A DNA stretch of 64,000 nt from an uncultured Acidobacteriota bacterium (GTDB taxonomy: Bacteria > Acidobacteriota > Thermoanaerobaculia > Multivoradales > UBA5704): assembly GCA_963770895.1 (NCBI GenBank), contig CAVYRF010000001.1, positions 768,001-832,000 of the forward strand, in the 5' to 3' direction. The notes under the pieces were generated by a model. That model saw only the letters and a list, made by a program, of their open reading frames with translations. It ran no database searches and was not told the DNA's origin. The position numbers and the translations under genes are program-made. Below, one piece after another: positions 59,019 to 64,000 of the stretch (within the stretch, counting starts at the first letter, position 1; each line of letters starts with the position of its first letter).

Positions 59019-59402
59019 ATGATCAACCTGACCACGTTCGCAATCTACGCGTCGCCGGCGACACAGGCCGGCGGGATGCCGGTGTTGGGCGGCGACCTGG
59101 CATCCGACGGCACCAACTCCATCATGGCCACCCAACCCGGCCCGGTCTTCATCGACGTCAACGCGGTGGGCGGGCTCCAGTTCAGCCCCGCCGGTCCGCC
59201 GGTCGCGGCGGGCACGGGCAGCAGCTTGCCCAGCTCATCCTGGGGCTGGCACGTCGTCGAACCCGCGGCGCCGTCCATCACCGAGATCGCCATCAGCGAC
59301 GCCAACGGCCTCGCCGGCACGATCCAGCTGCAGCTCAACCTGCTCGATGCATCGGGGGGGCCGCTGCCTCCGGTGCCGTTCACCATCGTCAACGCCGCTT
59401 AA
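59019..59402 (+). CDS. Hypothetical beta-rich protein ending PFTIVN
   Basis: RBS AGGAGG; typical codon bias; no signal peptide. Confidence 0.75.
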   Translation: MINLTTFAIYASPATQAGGMPVLGGDLASDGTNSIMATQPGPVFIDVNAVGGLQFSPAGPPVAAGTGSSLPSSSWGWHVVEPAAPSITEIAISDANGLAGTIQLQLNLLDASGGPLPPVPFTIVNAA

Positions 59403-59447
59403 CCGCGCTCGACCGGCTGTCGCATCGGACGCAGGAAAGGAGACCCC

Positions 59448-59921
59448 ATGCTGCCTATCACCCCATACCAGATCTATCTCTCGGGCTTGCTGACCAACCC
59501 CCAGATGAGCGGAAATATCGACTCGGACAACCATGTCATCACCATGGCCGCCGCGGGCGGCGCGGCGATCGCAATCTCGCTCGCCGGCTTGCACGACGCG
59601 AGCGGCCAGCCGGTGACCTACCAGCCCAGCAAGCCCATCGCCTTCGTCGACAAGCTTGGCGTGGAGATACCGCAACCAAGCTTCATCTCCTGGGTGCTGC
59701 TGTCGTCGCTTGACATCCTGATCACCAATCTCAACTACAACTCGCACCGCACCCACTTCGTGCTGCTCTTCGAAACCAGCGATCACCTGGTCGTTGCCAG
59801 CAACGCCGTCGGCTTCGATCCGACCATCGTCAACACCTACGTGCCGCCGCCGCAGGACGTCGTGCCGGAGGCGGCGCCCGCCCCGGCGCCGGCGCTCAGA
59901 GTGGTGGCGGGCCGGCGGTGA
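59448..59921 (+). CDS. Hypothetical beta-rich protein with DPTIVN motif (DP-EP-family-like)
   Basis: RBS AAAGGAG; FDPTIVN near the C-terminus followed by a Pro-rich tail. Confidence 0.72.
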   Translation: MLPITPYQIYLSGLLTNPQMSGNIDSDNHVITMAAAGGAAIAISLAGLHDASGQPVTYQPSKPIAFVDKLGVEIPQPSFISWVLLSSLDILITNLNYNSHRTHFVLLFETSDHLVVASNAVGFDPTIVNTYVPPPQDVVPEAAPAPAPALRVVAGRR

Positions 59922-62900
59922 GGCGGTCGCGCAGCTCGGGGGCGGAGCGCAGGGCGTCGAACCACGGGAAGCTGAACCACCGCGGATCGACGCCCTGGCG
60001 CAGGGCCTGCTGGGCGTTCCACACCGCGGAGGCGTGGTCGCCCAGCACCGCGAAGACCACCGCCACCTCGCTTTCGGCCTGGGCATTGCCGGGAGCCAGC
60101 GCCAGGACCTGCTGCGCCGCCGCGACCGCCGGCAGGCGCTGGCCCAGGTGGGCGAGCGCCTGGGCGCGCGCCGAAACCACCTGCCACTGCCCGGCGGCGG
60201 GGTCCTCCGCGGTCAGGCGCAGCAGCCGGCGGTACTGCTCGTGCGCTGCCGCCGCGTCGCCCTGGAGCAGCAGCACGTCGGCCAGGTTGAGGGTCACGAA
60301 GGGGTTGTCGGGCTCGCTCGCCAGCGCTTCCCGGAAGCGCGCCGCGGCCTCGGGATAGCGGCGCAGCAGCATGTAGGCGGTGCCCAGGTTGATGACCTCG
60401 GTCTCCTGGGGCGACCGGCGCAGCAGCTCGACGTAGAGGTCCGCGGCGCGCGCCGGGCTGCCGCTCAGCAGCTCGATCTGCGCCAGCAGCGACTGCGCCG
60501 GGTAGATGCCGGGCGCGCGGGCGAGCAGCATGTAGAGGTCGCGGCGCGCCGCGGCGGCTTCGCCCAGGCGGTACTCCATGTCGGCGAGCGCCAGGTAGTG
60601 GCCCCACGACGGGCGGCGCCGGCACGCCTCGCGCTGCAACGCCAGGGCGGCGGCGGTCGCGCCGCGCCGCTCGGCCAGGCGGGCGCGCTGCGCCAGCACC
60701 ACCGGGTCGCCGGGTTGCAGGCGCTCGAGCTCCTGCAGGTCGGCCGCCGCGCGCTCCAGGCGCCCGGCCTCGAGCGACAGCGAAAAGTCGGTGATCAGCG
60801 GCGCCGGGTCGCCGGGAACCAGCCCTCGCGCCGCGGCCAGCAGGTCGAAGGCGCGCGCCAGGTCGGCGGCGTCGCGGTGGTCGCGGAAGCGGTAGCGCAG
60901 GATCTCCGCCTCCAGCAGCGCCGCCTCCAGGAAGCGCGGCGACCCGCGGCGCAGCGCGGCCAGGCGCGCCAGGAGCGCGCTGGTGCGGTCGGTGCCCCCG
61001 CGGCGCGTGAAGTCACGCTGGACGTCGAGGTACTCGCGGTAGGCGGCGGCGGAAGCCACCTCCAGGTGCGCAAAGCCCTCGCGCGCCGGGTGGCGCGGGT
61101 AGCCGAGGTGGATCTGCGACTCGACGGCGTGCTCGATCGCGTAGGGATCGCCGGCCGGCACGTCGAAGGCGTACTCCCAGAGCAGCCGTCCGTCCGCCCC
61201 GCGCAGCCGGGCGAGCGCCACGCGGCACTGGAAGGCGCCGGCGCCGCAGCGGATCGCGGCGGTGAGCAGCTCGTCGGCGCCGGTGGCCCGCGCCACCGCG
61301 ACCGGCGGCCCCGGCACCGGGTCCACCTGCTCGGGCGCGATCGCCGAGATCCCGCGCCGCGACAGCAGGCCGCGCAGCAGTGCCGAGCGGATGATCGATG
61401 CCAGCAGGTCGGCGCTCAAGCTGGCGGCAGGAGGCGCGGCGCTGGTGGCGGCGCTGGGACCCGCGACGGCGGCGGTGCCGGCGGGAGCGGCCGAGCCGCC
61501 GCGCGCGGACGGGTCGGCTCCCGCGACCGCGACCTGCGGCGCCAGCACGGCCACGGCGAGCGGCGGCGCGACGGCGCTCGCGTCGCGGCTCCGCCACAGT
61601 GCGAGCCCCGCCAGAGATGACAGGATCAGCGCCAGGCTGAGCCCCGCGGCGACGGCGACGCGGCGGCGGCCGGCGACCGCGAAGGCGGTGGCGAGGGTGG
61701 AACCGATGCCGGCGCTGGACGGCGGACCGGACGCCACGGTCGGCGGCTCGGCGGCGCTTGCGGACGGGGCGGCCGCGGCGGACGGGGCGGACGCGGCAGC
61801 CAGGGCGGCCCCGGATGCCGCGGCGGCGACCGGCGCCCCGGATGCCGCGGCGGCGACCGATGCCCCGGATGCCGCGGCGGCGACCGATGCCCCGGATGCC
61901 GCGGCGGCGACCGATGCCCCGGATGCCGCGGCGGCGACCGGCGCCCCGGATGCCGCGGCGGCGACCGATGCCCCGGACGCCGCGGCGGGAAGGGTGGGCG
62001 GCGACGTGGCGGCGCCGGGCTGCCGGGAGGCGGGCAGGCCGTCGATCACCGTCGAGGCCTGGGGCGGCGCGGCCGCTCCGGCCGGCGCGCGGCTGGCGGC
62101 GGCGGCAGGGCCTCCCGCCGCCGCCAGCGCGGCGAGCGCCGCCACCACATCCTGGGCGCTCTGCGGCCGGTGCGCGGGCTCCTTTTCGAGCAGGCGATCG
62201 ATCAGGTCGGACAGCGCCGCGGGGATCGCCGCGTTCAGGGCGCGCGCCGGCGGCTGGCGCAAGGTGCAGACGTTGGTGAGCGTGGCGAAGGCGCTGGCGC
62301 CCAGGAAAGGCGAGCGTCCGGCGACCATCTCGTAGAGCAGCGTGCCGAAGGAGAACAGGTCCGAGCGGTGATCGATCGCCACACCGCGCGCCTGCTCGGG
62401 GGACATGGCGCGGTAGGTGCCGACGACCGCGCCGTCCTGCGAGATCAGGCTCTCGCCATGCTCCTCACTCTCCTCGGCGCGCCGCCTGGCCAGCCCGAAG
62501 TCCAGCACCTTGGCGTGTCCCGCCGGCGTCACCATGACGTTTTCGGTCTTGAGGTCGCGATGGACGATGCCCAGCGCGTGGGCCGCGGCAAGGCCGCCGG
62601 CGATCTCAAGACCCAGGCGCACGGCGCGTTCGACGGCGAAGCCGCCCTCGCGCCGCAGCGCGGCGGCCAGCGTCGAGCCCGCGACCAGCTCCATGACGAT
62701 CGCGTCCCCCTGCTCGGTCGCCAGCACCTGATGGACCTTGACCACCGCCGGGTGATCCAGCGCCGCGGCGGCGCGCGCCTCGCGCCGGAAGCGGCGGCGG
62801 GCGTCGTCGCCGGCAGCCGCGGAGCGGCGGATCACCTTGATGGCGACAGGCCGCTCCAGGCGCTCGTCCCAGGCGCGGTAGACCTCGCCCATGCCACCCT

Positions 62901-62997
62901 CTCCCAGCTTGGCATCCAGGCGATAGTGCCCGAGCCGCCGCGGCGCCGGCGGCGACGTCGGCGGCGGTGGTGGCGGGGGGAATGCCGATGCGGCCAT
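59896..62997 (-). CDS. Membrane Ser/Thr protein kinase with C-terminal TPR region
   Basis: LGEGGMGEVY, VAIK, HRDLKTEN, DFG, MSPEQ and DLFSFG; one TM helix; TPR-like helical repeats. Confidence 0.93.
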   Translation of the reverse strand: MAASAFPPPPPPPTSPPAPRRLGHYRLDAKLGEGGMGEVYRAWDERLERPVAIKVIRRSAAAGDDARRRFRREARAAAALDHPAVVKVHQVLATEQGDAIVMELVAGSTLAAALRREGGFAVERAVRLGLEIAGGLAAAHALGIVHRDLKTENVMVTPAGHAKVLDFGLARRRAEESEEHGESLISQDGAVVGTYRAMSPEQARGVAIDHRSDLFSFGTLLYEMVAGRSPFLGASAFATLTNVCTLRQPPARALNAAIPAALSDLIDRLLEKEPAHRPQSAQDVVAALAALAAAGGPAAAASRAPAGAAAPPQASTVIDGLPASRQPGAATSPPTLPAAASGASVAAAASGAPVAAAASGASVAAAASGASVAAAASGASVAAAASGAPVAAAASGAALAAASAPSAAAAPSASAAEPPTVASGPPSSAGIGSTLATAFAVAGRRRVAVAAGLSLALILSSLAGLALWRSRDASAVAPPLAVAVLAPQVAVAGADPSARGGSAAPAGTAAVAGPSAATSAAPPAASLSADLLASIIRSALLRGLLSRRGISAIAPEQVDPVPGPPVAVARATGADELLTAAIRCGAGAFQCRVALARLRGADGRLLWEYAFDVPAGDPYAIEHAVESQIHLGYPRHPAREGFAHLEVASAAAYREYLDVQRDFTRRGGTDRTSALLARLAALRRGSPRFLEAALLEAEILRYRFRDHRDAADLARAFDLLAAARGLVPGDPAPLITDFSLSLEAGRLERAAADLQELERLQPGDPVVLAQRARLAERRGATAAALALQREACRRRPSWGHYLALADMEYRLGEAAAARRDLYMLLARAPGIYPAQSLLAQIELLSGSPARAADLYVELLRRSPQETEVINLGTAYMLLRRYPEAAARFREALASEPDNPFVTLNLADVLLLQGDAAAAHEQYRRLLRLTAEDPAAGQWQVVSARAQALAHLGQRLPAVAAAQQVLALAPGNAQAESEVAVVFAVLGDHASAVWNAQQALRQGVDPRWFSFPWFDALRSAPELRDRLTAGPPPL
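61808..61988. repeat. In-frame 27-bp tandem repeat, about 6.7 copies (VAAAASGA[S/P])
   Basis: Unit gccccggatgccgcggcggcgaccg(gc/at) at 61808, 61835, 61862, 61889, 61916, 61943 and 61970 (partial). Confidence 0.9.
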
Positions 62998-63039
62998 GGG
63001 AACGCGAGCGGTCGCTGGTGTCCCAAGCCGGGCCGGCCG

Positions 63040-64000
63040 CTAGCTGATGAGCCGGCTCATGCGCCGCTTGAGGCCGGGTTTGGAAACCTCCAGCGCTTCG
63101 GCCATGCGGTCGAGGTCGCCGCCGCAGCGCGCGGCGCAGCTTTCGATCTCGGCGCGCGTCAGGTCGGCGGCCTTGCGAAAGCGTGTGCTGCCGTCGATGC
63201 GGTCGTAGAGCGAACCGCGCGGCACGCCCAGGTGGCGAGCGGCCAGCTGCAGCCGCCAGCGATGGGCGCGCAGCGCCTCCAGGATCTCGTCGTCGGCGAT
63301 CTGATCGAGGCGGCGGCGGGGTGGGAGTCTGGGGTCTGCCGCTCGGGCGGCGGCGGCGGTCCCGTCGCCGCCGGCCGCGGCCGGCGCGTCGGCCGGCGCG
63401 GTCGGGTCGTGCGCCCCGGCTCCGGCAGCTCCGGTGGCTCCGGCGGCGTTGGTGGCTCCGGTGGCGTTGATGCCGTTGGTGGCTCCGGTGGCGTTGGTGG
63501 CGTTGGTGGCGGCGTTGGCGTCGGTGGCGTTGATGGCGCCGGTGGCTCCGGTGGCGCCGGGCGGTGGCGCGGTGAGCAAAAGCGCCGATGCGGGGTCGAG
63601 CGACGCCTCCGCGGCGTCGTGGCAGCGGACGGCGAGCTGGCGCGCCAGGTTGCGCAGCTGGCGGACGTTGCCCGGCCAGTCGCCGGCCGCCAGGCGGGCC
63701 ACGAGCGGTGCCGGCAGCCAGGGGCGGCCCTCGCCGGCGGGCGCCGCCAGGCGGTCGGGCGCACCGATCGCCGCCAGCTCGGCGGCCAGGAAGTGGTAGA
63801 GCAGGCGGCCGAAGTCTTCGCGCCGCTCGCGCAGCGGCGGCAGGCGGATCTCGTAGCCGCCAAGGCGGTGGAACAGCGGCGCCTTGAAGCGGCCGTCCCG
63901 CACCGCTTCGTCCAGCCGCGCGTCGGTCGCCGCGATCACCTGCGCGTCCACGGCCTGCGTCTCGCCGCTCCCCACCGGCTGCACCTCGCGGGTTTCGAGC
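63040..64000 (-). CDS. Sigma-54-dependent transcriptional activator (3' part; N-terminus outside the window) with two C-terminal HTH motifs
   Basis: VIAAT, GRF..LFHRL, LPPLRERRED and WPGNVRQL; HTH motifs AARHLGVPRGSLY and MAEALEVSKPGL. Confidence 0.92.
   Translation of the reverse strand, partial: LETREVQPVGSGETQAVDAQVIAATDARLDEAVRDGRFKAPLFHRLGGYEIRLPPLRERREDFGRLLYHFLAAELAAIGAPDRLAAPAGEGRPWLPAPLVARLAAGDWPGNVRQLRNLARQLAVRCHDAAEASLDPASALLLTAPPPGATGATGAINATDANAATNATNATGATNGINATGATNAAGATGAAGAGAHDPTAPADAPAAAGGDGTAAAARAADPRLPPRRRLDQIADDEILEALRAHRWRLQLAARHLGVPRGSLYDRIDGSTRFRKAADLTRAEIESCAARCGGDLDRMAEALEVSKPGLKRRMSRLIS
63421..63560. repeat. Degenerate 9-bp repeats encoding an (N/G)AT-type linker in the activator
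   Basis: GATGATGAINATDANAATNATNATGATNGINATGATN peptide. Confidence 0.75.

Noticed and set aside
61808-61988. 27-bp repeat array as a possible CRISPR
   Set aside because: Units are directly adjacent with no unique spacers and lie in frame within the kinase gene

Overview
Very GC-rich bacterial chromosome segment, most likely Acidobacteriota (Thermoanaerobaculia-like). This is inferred from the rpsA-ihf-HIT-lpxB-msbA-yicC-gmk-rpoZ-coaBC-udg gene order, an ADOP-type permease remnant and a tricorn protease. A housekeeping core (about 14.4-26.8 kb) is flanked by accessory DNA. Left of the core: a secreted tailspike-like protein, queG, a nucleotidyltransferase gene pair, a protease cluster (alpha/beta-hydrolase-caspase fusion, HExxH metallopeptidase, G1 glutamic peptidase), two small peptide genes (a 6-Cys secreted peptide and a double-glycine-leader peptide), a MazEF-type module and asnB. 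Inside the core, a 48-aa lanthipeptide-like precursor gene absent from the ORF track lies between yicC and gmk. Right of the core: an atypical Lgt + radical SAM operon, an ECF sigma/BTAD pair, stress and two-component genes, deaD, a toxin-antitoxin islet and two secreted proteins. At the right end, a four-gene AidA/PixA-like operon has a sigma-54-type promoter and phased 10-bp repeats, and faces a Ser/Thr kinase-TPR gene and a sigma-54 activator with two HTH motifs; this is my best candidate for an undescribed system. Two CTAG-flanked MITE-like elements and one solitary CRISPR-repeat-like hairpin are also present. No rRNA, tRNA or CRISPR array was found. All family assignments come from motif recognition by eye, not from database searches.
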